A program made the position numbers and the translations under genes. A DNA stretch of 64,000 nt from Coriobacteriia bacterium (lineage in GTDB: Bacteria; Actinomycetota; Coriobacteriia; Anaerosomatales; JBAZZO01), in contig JBAZZO010000012.1 of assembly GCA_041658765.1 (NCBI GenBank), positions 5,387-69,386 of the forward strand. Direction: 5' to 3'. Within the stretch, counting starts at the first letter, position 1; each line of letters opens with the position of its first letter. This document shows, piece by piece, positions 1 through 9,648 of this stretch. The notes under the pieces are model-generated. The model saw only the letters and a list, made by a program, of their open reading frames with translations. It had not been told where the DNA came from and searched no databases.

Positions 1-83
1 GCGCGGCCGAGTTCCCGGACGTACTCGTAGAGGCCCGCGTCGCCCTGACCGGCCGAGAGGTTCACCACGATGAGTATCCGCAT
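1..83 (-). CDS. hypothetical protein, N-terminal fragment (gene runs off the left edge)
   Basis: ATG at 83..81. The reverse-strand translation is MRILIVVNLSAGQGDAGLYEYVRELG. Only 27 codons are visible; the VNxxAGxG pattern is reminiscent of lipid-kinase N-termini but the fragment is too short to call. Confidence 0.3.
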   Translation of the reverse strand, partial: MRILIVVNLSAGQGDAGLYEYVRELGR

Positions 84-182
84 GACGCACCTCGCGCGGC
101 GAGCAAGCGGGAACGGCTACACTGTGCACATGATGACAGATGATGCCCGCACTGCTCCGCGTCCCATCGGACGGCGGTCTCC

Positions 183-1328
183 ATGCTCGTGAGCGATCTC
201 AAAGCTCTCGAAGCGCTCGTCTCGCGACTGCGTGGCGTTCCGGTGCTCGCGATCGATACGGAGTTCCTGCGCGAGCGCACGTACTGGGCACGCTGCTGTC
301 TGGTGCAGCTGGCGGCTGGAGACGAGGTCGCCGCCGTCGACGTGATCGCTCTGCCCGATCTCAGTCCTCTCGCCGTGTTGCTCGAGGACCCCGCGACGGT
401 GAAGGTCTTCCACGCGGGCTCGCAGGACCTCGAGATCCTGCGGCGGGCGACCGGCGCGACGACCACTCCCGTCTTCGACACACAGACCGCGGCGACGCTC
501 GCCGGATTCCCCACCCAGGTGGGATACGCGGCCCTCGTGAAGGAACTCCTCGGAGTGACCGTGGAGAAAGGGGAGTCCTATACCGATTGGGCGATACGGC
601 CGCTCACCGAGCATCAGCTAGCCTACGCCCTCGACGACGTGCGCCATCTGGGCGCCGTGCACGCTGCTCTCCTCGAGCGGCTCGAGCGCGACGACAGACT
701 CCAGTGGCTGGAGGCGGACTTCGCGCGCATGGCCGATCCGGCGACCTACGAGGTCGTCCCCGAGGAGCAATGGCGCCGCATCAAGAGGGCTTCGACCCTC
801 AAGCCGCGACAGCTCGGCGTCCTGCTCCATGTGGCGGCTTGGAGGGAACGCGAGGCGCAGAGGCGCGATCTTCCGAAGCGCTGGGTGGTGTCGGACGAGA
901 GCCTCATCGAGGTCGCTCGGCGCGCGCCGAAGAGCGCGGAGGAGGTCGCCGCCGTTCGGGGGATAGCAACTCGCAGCGCTGCGCAGATCGGACCCGGGCT
1001 CGTCGCCGCGGTGCGCGCGGGACTTGAACTCCCGGAGGACCAGCTCCCGCACCTCGAGAAGCGTCCGCGACTCGTTCGAGACACGGACGGCGCCGTCGAC
1101 CTCATGGCGGCCCTCGTGAGACTGCGGGCGAAGGAGCACGGTGTCGCATCGCCCCTCATCGCGTCGCGGAACGACCTGGAACATCTCGCGGCGGGCGGTG
1201 ACGACAGTCCGTTGCTCGAGGGATGGCGCAAGACGCTCGTCGGAGACGAGCTCATGGATCTCCTGGCAGGCCGGTTGACGCTTCGTCTCGCCGACGGACG
1301 GGTCCGCGTGGAGCGTCGCGATGGCTGA
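183..1328 (+). CDS. rnd: ribonuclease D (3'-5' exonuclease domain plus HRDC)
   Basis: 381-aa ORF. DEDD exonuclease motifs are present (LAIDTEF, HAGSQDLE, YALDDVRHL) and the C-terminal part is HRDC-like. Confidence 0.85.
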   Translation: MLVSDLKALEALVSRLRGVPVLAIDTEFLRERTYWARCCLVQLAAGDEVAAVDVIALPDLSPLAVLLEDPATVKVFHAGSQDLEILRRATGATTTPVFDTQTAATLAGFPTQVGYAALVKELLGVTVEKGESYTDWAIRPLTEHQLAYALDDVRHLGAVHAALLERLERDDRLQWLEADFARMADPATYEVVPEEQWRRIKRASTLKPRQLGVLLHVAAWREREAQRRDLPKRWVVSDESLIEVARRAPKSAEEVAAVRGIATRSAAQIGPGLVAAVRAGLELPEDQLPHLEKRPRLVRDTDGAVDLMAALVRLRAKEHGVASPLIASRNDLEHLAAGGDDSPLLEGWRKTLVGDELMDLLAGRLTLRLADGRVRVERRDG

Positions 1329-2598
1329 GGCGAGGCCCGAAGCGGTCTCCGTCTCGCGCGCGATGGCGCTGGCGAAAGGCGCGCTCGAGCGCGTCTCCGC
1401 TCGAGTGGTGGGCGAGGTCACCGAGCTTGCGGACAAGCCGGGCTACAAGGCCGTCTACTTCACGCTCGGCGACGAGTCCGCGAACATGCCGTGCCTGGTG
1501 TGGCGGGACGCGTACGAGGCGAGCGGGGTCGCGCTCCGTCTCGGCTCGCTGGTCGAGGTCGGTGGCTCGTTCACTGCCTACGCCCCGAAGGGCCGTCTCC
1601 AGTTCCAGGTCCGCACGCTCGCCCCGGCGGGGGAGGGAGTGCTCCGTCTCCAGGTCGCGGCGCTCGCTCGCCGCCTCGAGGCGGAAGGTCTCATGCGGGA
1701 GGACCGGAAGCGTCCCCTGCCCGCCTTCCCAAGGCGCGTCGGTCTGGTGACCTCGCCGCGCGGCAAGGCCGTGCACGACGTGATCCGGACGCTGCGGCGG
1801 CGTTATCCGTGCGCCGAGGTCGTCGTCGCGGGAGTGCCCGTCGAAGGTCCGGGTGCGGTGTCGTCGATCGTGGCGGGCTTAAGGCGGATGGCCGAGGAGC
1901 CGGGCGTCGACGTCGTCATCCTCGCTCGAGGCGGCGGCAGCTACGAGGATCTTATGCCGTTCAATGCCGAGGAGGTCGCTCGGGCCGTCGCGGCGATGCC
2001 GATGCCGGTGGTCACCGGCATCGGGCACGAGCCGGACACCTCCGTCGCGGACATGGTAGCCGATCTGCGGGCTTCGACCCCGACGGCCGCCGCGGAAGCG
2101 GTCGCGCCTTCACTGGACGAGGTCGCGGCGAGGCTTGCCGGCGCTCGGGCGAGACTCGCGCGGGCGCTCGAGCACGTGGCGCAGCGCGCACGCCATCGCG
2201 TCCAGCTGCTCGCTACGCGTCCGCTCTTCCAGGAGGCCGCCGTCTTACTCGCTCCGTTCGGGCTCTCGCTCGACTCGGGACGGGAATCGCTCGAGCGGTC
2301 GCTCCCGGGAATGGTGTCCGCGAGGCGGGATCGTACGCTGAGGGCGCGCGGGGCGATGCTGCGTTTGGGCGGGCACATCACCGAGCGCCGGGCCGGAAGG
2401 CTCGCGCCGGCGGCCGCCCAGCTCGAAGCGCTCTCTCCGCTCGCCGTCCTCGGTCGCGGATATGCGCTTTGCACCGACGAGACGGGTGCGAGGGTGTTGA
2501 CGGATGCCGGGGCGACCACGGTGGGCGAGCGCGTGAAGGTGCGCCTGCGACGCGGTGCCCTCGGATGTCGGGTCGAGACGACGGAGGTGGAGGCATGA
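1321..2598 (+). CDS. xseA: exodeoxyribonuclease VII large subunit
   Basis: 425-aa ORF with an N-terminal OB fold and XseA signatures (GLVTSPRGKAVHDV, LARGGGSYEDLMPFN, TGIGHEPD). It overlaps rnd by 8 nt. Confidence 0.9.
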   Translation: MAEARPEAVSVSRAMALAKGALERVSARVVGEVTELADKPGYKAVYFTLGDESANMPCLVWRDAYEASGVALRLGSLVEVGGSFTAYAPKGRLQFQVRTLAPAGEGVLRLQVAALARRLEAEGLMREDRKRPLPAFPRRVGLVTSPRGKAVHDVIRTLRRRYPCAEVVVAGVPVEGPGAVSSIVAGLRRMAEEPGVDVVILARGGGSYEDLMPFNAEEVARAVAAMPMPVVTGIGHEPDTSVADMVADLRASTPTAAAEAVAPSLDEVAARLAGARARLARALEHVAQRARHRVQLLATRPLFQEAAVLLAPFGLSLDSGRESLERSLPGMVSARRDRTLRARGAMLRLGGHITERRAGRLAPAAAQLEALSPLAVLGRGYALCTDETGARVLTDAGATTVGERVKVRLRRGALGCRVETTEVEA

Positions 2599-2840
2599 CA
2601 CAGGCGAAGGCGGGCCTTCCGGCGGAGGATCTCTCGTTCGGAGAGGCGCTCGCGGAGCTCGAGAGCATCGTCGCATCGCTCGAGGACGGCCGCCTGGAGC
2701 TCGAGCCGAGCATCGCGGCGTACGAGCGCGGCGTCGGCCTGCTCCGGGCCTGCGAGGCTAAGCTCGCCGACGCTGAACAGCGCGTGACCGTGCTCATGGG
2801 CGAGCTCGACGCGGACGAGGACGATGCCGAGACATCGTGA
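2595..2840 (+). CDS. xseB: exodeoxyribonuclease VII small subunit
   Basis: ATG at 2595 overlaps the xseA stop (ATGA). The translation MTQAKAGLPAEDLSFGEALAELESIVASLEDGRLELEPSIAAYERGVGLLRACEAKLADAEQRV is typical of XseB. It is hidden inside a longer shadow ORF in the track. Confidence 0.85.
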   Translation: MTQAKAGLPAEDLSFGEALAELESIVASLEDGRLELEPSIAAYERGVGLLRACEAKLADAEQRVTVLMGELDADEDDAETS

Positions 2841-4125
2841 TATCGCTTCGGGCCCGCACGCCGGGGTGACGGAGCCGTCGGTCGGGCGGATACGGACCGT
2901 GATCGTCGCGGGCACCGCTGTCCTCGGCGTGCTCCTGGCCGCGACGTTCGTCTTCTCGCAGGTGCGTACGGAACGTCTCATCCACGAGCAGATCGTGCTC
3001 CAGGCGCGCGCTTTCGCGCACGAGGCGATCGCGACGCGCGCGTTCATCTCGCTGCATGGCGGCATCTTCGTGCCCGCGTCGCGGGACGCGACCGTGAGCT
3101 CGTACCTGACGCGCATGCCGGGCGTGAAGGCGCGCATCGTGGACCGGGAGGGGAACGTGTACGTCCTCCAGAGCTATGCGACACTCACGAAGCAGGTGAG
3201 CGCGGGACTCGGCGGGACGGATGGACGGACGACCTCATTCCGTCTCACGAGCCTCGATCCGGTGGACCCCGCCAACGCGCCGGACTCGTTCGAACGCGCG
3301 GGGCTGCGTCGCATGTCGCGCGGCGCCAGCGAGGTCACGGTGCTCGAGCGGTCGGACGGGCGTACCCGGTTCCGCCTGATGCTGCCGCTGCGGGTGTCGG
3401 CCGATTGCCTGGTGTGCCACGCATACCAGGGCTACAAGGTCGGCGATCTGCGGGGAGCGGTGACGGTCGACACGGATGTCGAGCGCGAGATGCGGGCGGT
3501 GGATCGCGGCCGCATGCTCGTCGTGGCGGTCTGTTCAGGGATCGCGATAGGGCTGGCCGGCGCCTTGCGGTTCGTCTTGACGCGACCGCTCGCCCGGCTC
3601 CGGAGGGCTGAGGCCGATCTCGTGCGCCTAGCGAGCGTCGACGCTCTGACCGGTGTCGCGAACCGTCGCATCGGGATGGCGACGCTTGCCGTGGAGGTCG
3701 CTCGATCCCAGAGGACGGGAGACGACCTGTCGCTGGTGATGCTCGACCTCGACCACTTCAAGCGCGTGAACGACGCGCTCGGCCACGCGGCTGGTGACGC
3801 CGTGCTCGCGGCCGCGGCGTCCGCTCTCATGAGTGAGGCGCGCGTCTACGACACGGTCGCACGTGTGGGCGGAGAGGAGTTCGTCGTGTTGCTCCCCGGA
3901 GATGACCTCGAGGCTGCGCTCGGGACGGCCGAGCGCATCCGGCGGGCGGTGGCGATGGCGACGCGAGGAGTGGTGATGGGGCTTCCCGACGGCGTGACGG
4001 TCAGCGCCGGCGTGTCGACCATGGAGGGCTTCTCGGAGGGCTCTGCCGACGAACTGCTCGCTCGGGCGGATGCGGCCCTCTACCGTGCGAAGGCCGAGGG
4101 TCGCGACCGTGTGCTTGCGGGCTGA
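2824..4125 (+). CDS. diguanylate cyclase with an N-terminal TM helix, a CXXCH heme-c sensor-like domain (DUF3365/Tll0287-like) and a GGDEF domain
   Basis: CLVCH motif at 3406..3420. GGEEF active site (VARVGGEEFVVLLPG). TM segment IVAGTAVLGVLLAATFVF. Confidence 0.8.
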   Translation: MPRHRDIASGPHAGVTEPSVGRIRTVIVAGTAVLGVLLAATFVFSQVRTERLIHEQIVLQARAFAHEAIATRAFISLHGGIFVPASRDATVSSYLTRMPGVKARIVDREGNVYVLQSYATLTKQVSAGLGGTDGRTTSFRLTSLDPVDPANAPDSFERAGLRRMSRGASEVTVLERSDGRTRFRLMLPLRVSADCLVCHAYQGYKVGDLRGAVTVDTDVEREMRAVDRGRMLVVAVCSGIAIGLAGALRFVLTRPLARLRRAEADLVRLASVDALTGVANRRIGMATLAVEVARSQRTGDDLSLVMLDLDHFKRVNDALGHAAGDAVLAAAASALMSEARVYDTVARVGGEEFVVLLPGDDLEAALGTAERIRRAVAMATRGVVMGLPDGVTVSAGVSTMEGFSEGSADELLARADAALYRAKAEGRDRVLAG

Positions 4126-4170
4126 ACGCGCTAGTATCGGACGGGACCGACACACCTCGAGGAGGCCGGC

Positions 4171-4530
4171 GTGGACAACTGCATCTTCTGCATGATCGCG
4201 CGCAAGGAACTTGCCGCGAAGATCGTCTGGGAGGACGACGACCTGATCGCTTTCGACGACATCGCTCCGCAGGCGCCGGTCCATACGCTCATCATCCCGA
4301 AGGTCCACTTCGACGACCTCTCCTCCGACGTACCCTGGTCCGCTCTCGGGCAGCTCTTCGGCGCTGTCGGCCGCATCGCGAAGATGAAGGGCGTCTCAGA
4401 TAGCGGCTACCGCGTCATCGTGAACAACGGCAGGGACGCCATGCAGTCCGTCGGACACCTTCACGTGCACATCCTCGGCGGCGTGTCGATGTCTCACGGC
4501 ATGCTCCGGATGAGCGAAGAGGACCGGTAG
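4171..4530 (+). CDS. HIT family (histidine triad) protein
   Basis: 119-aa ORF with the histidine triad HLHVHILGG near the C-terminus. Confidence 0.85.
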   Translation: MDNCIFCMIARKELAAKIVWEDDDLIAFDDIAPQAPVHTLIIPKVHFDDLSSDVPWSALGQLFGAVGRIAKMKGVSDSGYRVIVNNGRDAMQSVGHLHVHILGGVSMSHGMLRMSEEDR

Positions 4531-4539
4531 GCCACGGCC

Positions 4540-6078
4540 GTGGGTGATCGCGTCCCCGTTCGGCTCGACCCACCGGGCGTGACCGTGTGGGTCTCGCGGG
4601 GTGAGACACTGCTCGAGGCGGCCCATGCGGCGGGCGTGCCTCTGGCGTCCGAGTGCGGTGGCCGCGGGACGTGCGGACGCTGCGCAGTGAGAGTCGTAGG
4701 AGGGCCCCCCGGCGTCGCTGTGCGCGAGGTCCTCCGGGCTTGTCAGACGCATCCGGACGCGCCGATGAGTGTGCGGCCCGTGTCAGCGCTCGGTCCGAAC
4801 GCGGGCGCCGAGGCCGGCTCCGCAGCGCCGCGAGGACCGCTCGTGGCCGCCGTCGACCTTGGGACGACCATCGTCACCGGAGCCGTCGCATCCCCGGTCA
4901 CGGGACGCGAGACCGGACGCGCGTGGCAGACGAATCCGCAACGCGCGAGCGGCGCCGACGTCCTGAGCCGTGCGAGCGCGGCGGCCACCGGCCGGGGCGA
5001 GGACTTGCGGGAGCAGGCCGTTCGCGCGGTCGGCGGCGTCGTGGCCGACGTGCTCGCTCTGGGCGCGCGGGACTTCGGCGACGTATCGCGCTTGGTGGTC
5101 GCCGCGAACCCGATCATGGCGCATCTGTTCGCGGGAGCCGACCCGTCCGGTCTGGGCAGACATCCCGTCGTGCATGCCTGGCAGGGTCCGCTCGCCAGGG
5201 ACGCCGGGGTGTTCGGGCTCTCGGGGTTCGAACCGGACATGCCCGTGGTGGTCCTGCCCGCGCTCGGCGGGCTCGTAGGCGGCGACGCGACGGCGGGGGT
5301 CCTCGCGACCGGACTCGACGGCGAGGGCGTGCGCGTTCTCATCGACCTGGGGACGAACGCCGAGGTGGTCGTCGGGGTGGACGGTCGTCTCACCGCGGCC
5401 TCGGCCGCCGCCGGACCCGCGTTCGAGGGCGGGGGACTCTCGTGTGGCATGCCGGCGATGCCCGGAGCCATCGTGGGAGCGCGCATCGAGAGAGGCGATC
5501 TCGTCATCGATGTCGTGGGCGGGGGAGAGCCCGCGGGTGTCTCCGGAAGCGGCGCCCTGTCGCTGATCCGCGTCCTGCTCGCGACCGGACATCTCGACGG
5601 TAGCGGTCGCCTGTTCCCGGAGGGTCTGCTCGCAGACCGCTTCCGCACGAGCGAGGGCGTCCTGGGGCTGCGACTCGCGGGGGAGCCGGATGGGAGCGAC
5701 GACATCAGGCTCACTCAACTCGACATACGTGAGATCCAGCTCGCGAAGGCCGCCGTGTCGACGGCCCTCACTCGCGCGCTCGACGTCGCAGGCGCCTCGT
5801 GGGACGCGGTGACCTCGGTCTCTGTCGCCGGAGCCTTCGGCTCCGCGCTCGACGGCGAGCTGCTCGAGGCCTTGGGTCTTGTGCCGCGCGGGGTCGCTCA
5901 TCTCACCCGGGTGGTCGGGAACGCCGCACTCCAGGGCGCGATGATCGTCGCGCTCGACCCCGAGGCTGAGCGGCGAGCGGCGGAACTCGCCGCAGGGGCA
6001 TGCGTCCTCGTGCTCGCCGCCGACCCCGCATTCGCCGCCGACTTCCTCGGCAACACCGCGTTCCCGGCGGCGACGTGA
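4540..6078 (+). CDS. 2Fe-2S ferredoxin domain fused to an ASKHA-type ATPase domain (RACo-like / DUF4445 family)
   Basis: The N-terminus carries CGGRGTCGRCAVRV (plant-type 2Fe-2S). This is followed by AVDLGTTIV and LIDLGTNAEVV phosphate-binding motifs of the actin/HSP70 fold. GTG start. Confidence 0.7.
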   Translation: MGDRVPVRLDPPGVTVWVSRGETLLEAAHAAGVPLASECGGRGTCGRCAVRVVGGPPGVAVREVLRACQTHPDAPMSVRPVSALGPNAGAEAGSAAPRGPLVAAVDLGTTIVTGAVASPVTGRETGRAWQTNPQRASGADVLSRASAAATGRGEDLREQAVRAVGGVVADVLALGARDFGDVSRLVVAANPIMAHLFAGADPSGLGRHPVVHAWQGPLARDAGVFGLSGFEPDMPVVVLPALGGLVGGDATAGVLATGLDGEGVRVLIDLGTNAEVVVGVDGRLTAASAAAGPAFEGGGLSCGMPAMPGAIVGARIERGDLVIDVVGGGEPAGVSGSGALSLIRVLLATGHLDGSGRLFPEGLLADRFRTSEGVLGLRLAGEPDGSDDIRLTQLDIREIQLAKAAVSTALTRALDVAGASWDAVTSVSVAGAFGSALDGELLEALGLVPRGVAHLTRVVGNAALQGAMIVALDPEAERRAAELAAGACVLVLAADPAFAADFLGNTAFPAAT

Positions 6079-6112
6079 CACGTTCGGCAGCGCTCGGAGT
6101 GTCCCATGACGT

Positions 6113-6146
6113 GGAACAGCCCCGGCCTTCGGGCCGAGGCTGTTCC
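6113..6146 (+). terminator. stem-loop downstream of the ASKHA gene (putative intrinsic terminator)
   Basis: GGAACAGCC-C-CGGCC-TTCG-GGCCG-A-GGCTGTTCC, followed by a pyrimidine/T-rich tail tattccttccctt. Confidence 0.55.
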
Positions 6147-6461
6147 TATTCCTTCCCTTGCTACCCCTGAGTCTCGTGTGGATGATCGTGCGGCTGGCCT
6201 GGAGTCCGCACCCGTCGCGATGCCGGTCGTCGACGGTCCACACATGTTCGCCGCGTCGGATCCCCCGACTGCGGCATTTTAGGGAAGGGAAACCGTTGAT
6301 GTGACAGTAGCCCATCCCGTATGTATATGCAACACCAGTTACATCCTAAATCGTGCCGTCCACCGACGATATCGCGCCGCTGACCCGACCACGGGGCGGT
6401 CGGAGCGGGTGTTACTCTACGATTGCAGTCGTTGGTTCGACCCGATCGGAGGAGGCCAAAC

Positions 6462-8453
6462 GTGACCGAGACAGTCTCGATCGAGTCCATGATGAAGGAG
6501 CTGCGGGTGGTCCAGCCGCCCGCATGGGTGTCGGAACGCGCCCACCTGAAGTCGATGGACGAGTACCACGCCATGTATCGTCGCTCCGTGGACGATCCTG
6601 AGGCCTTCTGGGCCGAGCAGGCCGAGGAGTTCCTGTACTGGCACAAGAAGTGGGACTCGGTCCTTGAGTATGAGTTCGACACACCGCGCGTGGAGTGGTT
6701 CAAGGGCGGTCAGACCAACGTCGCGTACAACTGCGTCGACCGGCACCTGACCACGTGGCGCAGGAACAAGGCGGCCCTCATCTGGGAGAGCGACGAGGGC
6801 CGCACCAAGATGTACACGTACCAGTCGCTCTACTACAAGGTCTGCCGTTTGGCGAACGTGCTCAGGAAGCGCGGCGTCAAGAAGGGCGACCGTGTCGCCA
6901 TCTACCTTCCCATGATCCCGGAACTGCCGGTCGCGATGCTCGCCTGCGCTCGCATCGGCGCCATCCACTCGGTCGTCTTCGGCGGCTTCTCCGCGGCGTC
7001 GCTGCGCGACCGCATCCAGGACTGCGGCGCGAAGATGCTCATCACCGCCGACGAGGGCATCCGTGGCGGACGCCCGGTCGCGCTGAAGGCGGCCGCCGAC
7101 GAGGCGCTGCTCGAGTGTCCGACCATCGAGACCTGCATCGTCGTCTCCCGCGCGCAGTCGCGCGTCGACATGGAGCCCGGCCGCGATGTCTGGTACCACG
7201 AGGAGGTCCGGGCCGCGGACATCCACCGTCACTGCGACCTGGAGTGGATGGATGCCGAAGACCCGCTCTTCATCCTCTACACGTCCGGATCTACCGGGAA
7301 GCCGAAGGGCGTCCTCCATACCACGGCGGGTTATCTGCTCTTCGCGACGATGACGATGAAGTACTCCTTCGACTACCACGACGAGGACGTCTTCTTCTGC
7401 ACCGCGGACATCGGCTGGGTGACCGGGCACAGCTACATCGTGTACGGTCCGCTCTCCCTAGGGGCCACCTCGCTCATGTTCGAGGGCGTGCCCACGTATC
7501 CCGACGCTGGCCGCTTCTGGCAGATCATCGAGAAGCACGGCGTCAACCAGTTCTACACCGCGCCGACCGCGATCCGCGCGCTCATGAAGGCGGGCGAGTC
7601 GTGGCCGGCGAAGTACGACCTCTCGAGCCTGCGCGTCATCGGCACGGTCGGCGAGCCCATCAATCCCGAGGCTTGGATGTGGTACTACAAGAATATCGCC
7701 CGCGAGAACTGCCCGATCGTCGACACGTACTGGCAGACGGAGACTGGCGGTCACCTCATCACGAACCTTCCGGGCGCGACTCCGATGAAGCCGGGCTCCG
7801 CCACGTTGCCGTTCTTCGGCATCCAGCCCGAGATCCTGAACGAGGACAAGTCCGAGACGCCCGTGAACGCCGGCGGGCGGCTGTGCATCAAGTTCCCATG
7901 GCCCGGCATGCTCCGCGGGACGTGGGGCGATCCCGAGAACAAGCTCGTCAAGGAGGTCTACTTCACGACCTTCCCGGGGCGCTACTTCACCGGTGACGGC
8001 TGTCGCAAGGACGAGGACGGCTTCTACTGGCTCATGGGCCGCGTCGACGACGTCATCAACGTCTCGGGACACCGCATGGGCACCGCTGAGGTCGAGAGTG
8101 CGCTGGTCAGCTACCCCGCGGTCGCCGAAGCGGCGGTCGTCGGGTTCCCGCACGAGATCAAGGGTGAGGGCATCTACGCGTACGTCAATCTCAAGACCGG
8201 CCAGGAGCCGACCGAGGATCTGAAGAAGATCCTTGCCGGGCACGTGGCGCACGAGATCGGCCCGATCGCGAAGCCCGACTACATCCACTTCGTGCCCGAG
8301 GTGCCCAAGACCCGCTCCGGCAAGATCATGCGCCGCATCCTGCGCAAGGTCGCGGCGGGCGAGCGCGACCTCGATGCGATGGGCGACATCTCGACGCTCG
8401 CGGATCCGACCATCGTCAAGACGATCATCGATTCGGCTCCGAAGTTCGACTGA
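6462..8453 (+). CDS. acs: acetyl-CoA synthetase (AMP-forming)
   Basis: Classic Acs sequence (YTSGSTGKPKG, WQTETGG, SGKIMRRILRK). GTG at 6462 lies 6 nt after GGAGGAGG; the ORF track starts earlier, at 6423. Confidence 0.93.
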   Translation: MTETVSIESMMKELRVVQPPAWVSERAHLKSMDEYHAMYRRSVDDPEAFWAEQAEEFLYWHKKWDSVLEYEFDTPRVEWFKGGQTNVAYNCVDRHLTTWRRNKAALIWESDEGRTKMYTYQSLYYKVCRLANVLRKRGVKKGDRVAIYLPMIPELPVAMLACARIGAIHSVVFGGFSAASLRDRIQDCGAKMLITADEGIRGGRPVALKAAADEALLECPTIETCIVVSRAQSRVDMEPGRDVWYHEEVRAADIHRHCDLEWMDAEDPLFILYTSGSTGKPKGVLHTTAGYLLFATMTMKYSFDYHDEDVFFCTADIGWVTGHSYIVYGPLSLGATSLMFEGVPTYPDAGRFWQIIEKHGVNQFYTAPTAIRALMKAGESWPAKYDLSSLRVIGTVGEPINPEAWMWYYKNIARENCPIVDTYWQTETGGHLITNLPGATPMKPGSATLPFFGIQPEILNEDKSETPVNAGGRLCIKFPWPGMLRGTWGDPENKLVKEVYFTTFPGRYFTGDGCRKDEDGFYWLMGRVDDVINVSGHRMGTAEVESALVSYPAVAEAAVVGFPHEIKGEGIYAYVNLKTGQEPTEDLKKILAGHVAHEIGPIAKPDYIHFVPEVPKTRSGKIMRRILRKVAAGERDLDAMGDISTLADPTIVKTIIDSAPKFD

Positions 8454-8482
8454 TCGACCGTCGTCCGCAAGGTTGTGTCCAC

Positions 8483-8530
8483 AGCCCCGGTACCCGTGTT
8501 TCGGCGGGGGTACCGGGGCTGGTTTTCTGT
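8483..8530 (+). terminator. rho-independent terminator after acs
   Basis: 13-bp perfect stem AGCCCCGGTACCC / GGGTACCGGGGCT followed by GGTTTTCTGTT. Confidence 0.75.
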
Positions 8531-8536
8531 TAGACT
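8528..8536 (+). promoter_or_regulatory. putative extended -10 promoter (TGtTAGACT) for hemE
   Basis: TGnTAGnnT motif 52 nt upstream of the hemE ATG. The same motif recurs at four other intergenic sites. Confidence 0.4.
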
Positions 8537-8587
8537 ATCTCGCGGCCTTCACCGGGCTGGCGATCCCTTACGAGAGGACCGATCCGC

Positions 8588-9643
8588 ATGCCGTTCGACG
8601 ATACCTTCCTGCGCGCCTGTAGGCGCGAGCCCACCGAGTTCACTCCCGTGTGGATGATGCGCCAGGCCGGCCGCTACTTGCCCGAATACCGGGCCATCCG
8701 GGAGCGTCACGGGTTCCTCGAGATGTGCCGTACGCCGGAGCTGGCCGTCGAGGTCACGCTCCAGCCGGTGGACCTGATCGGTGTCGACGCGGCGATCCTC
8801 TTCTCCGATATCCTCGTGCCCTTCCCGGGCATGGGCCTCGATCTCGAGTTCGCCAAGGGCGAGGGGCCGGTCATCCACAACCCGGTGCGCACGGTCGCGG
8901 ACGTCGACAAGCTGCGCGTCGCCGATCCCATCGAGGACACCGGCTTCGTCATGGACGCCATACGCATCCTCCGCCGCGAGCTGGTGGACAAGGTGCCGCT
9001 CATCGGGTTCTCTGGCGCGCCGTTCACCCTGGCCAGCTACATGATCGAGGGCGGTGGGACGCGCGACTACGAGAACTGCAAGGCTCTCATGTGGGGCGAG
9101 CCCGCGGCCTGGGACCGCCTCATGAACGTCACTGCCGACACGGTCATCGCGTACCTGTCGGCGCAGATCGACGCAGGGGCGCAGGCCGTGCAGGTCTTCG
9201 ACAGCTGGGTCGGTTACGTGGCTCCGCGCGACTACGAGCATTCCATCCTGCCGCACACGAAGCGAGTGATCGACGAGGTCTCGAAGAAGGGCGTCCCGGT
9301 CATCCACTTCGCCAATGGCGCGACTTCGATGATCGAGCTCGTCCAGCGGGCGGGCGGCGACGTCGTCGGCGTCGACTGGCGGCTCGATATGGCCGAGGCG
9401 CTCCAGCGGATCGACCCGCGATTCTCCATCCAGGGGAACATCGACCCGGTGGCGTTGTTCGCTCCCGACGACGAACTCGAGCGCATGGTCGTCGAGATCC
9501 TCGAGGCGTTCGGTACCCGGCCGGGCCACGTCTTCAACCTCGGACATGGGATCCACAAGACGACGGACCCGGCGAAGGCGAGGACCTTCGTCAGGCTCGT
9601 ACACGAGCACTCGCGCCGGATCCGCTCCGGCATGGAGGTGTAG
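8588..9643 (+). CDS. hemE: uroporphyrinogen decarboxylase
   Basis: 351-aa ORF with the RQAGRYLPEYR motif and UroD-like sequence over its full length. Confidence 0.92.
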   Translation: MPFDDTFLRACRREPTEFTPVWMMRQAGRYLPEYRAIRERHGFLEMCRTPELAVEVTLQPVDLIGVDAAILFSDILVPFPGMGLDLEFAKGEGPVIHNPVRTVADVDKLRVADPIEDTGFVMDAIRILRRELVDKVPLIGFSGAPFTLASYMIEGGGTRDYENCKALMWGEPAAWDRLMNVTADTVIAYLSAQIDAGAQAVQVFDSWVGYVAPRDYEHSILPHTKRVIDEVSKKGVPVIHFANGATSMIELVQRAGGDVVGVDWRLDMAEALQRIDPRFSIQGNIDPVALFAPDDELERMVVEILEAFGTRPGHVFNLGHGIHKTTDPAKARTFVRLVHEHSRRIRSGMEV

Positions 9644-9648
9644 GCGCT

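Noticed and set aside
4783-6315. 510-aa minus-strand ORF antisense to the ASKHA gene
   Set aside because: It is a shadow frame with Arg/Gly/Asp/Glu-rich low-complexity composition.
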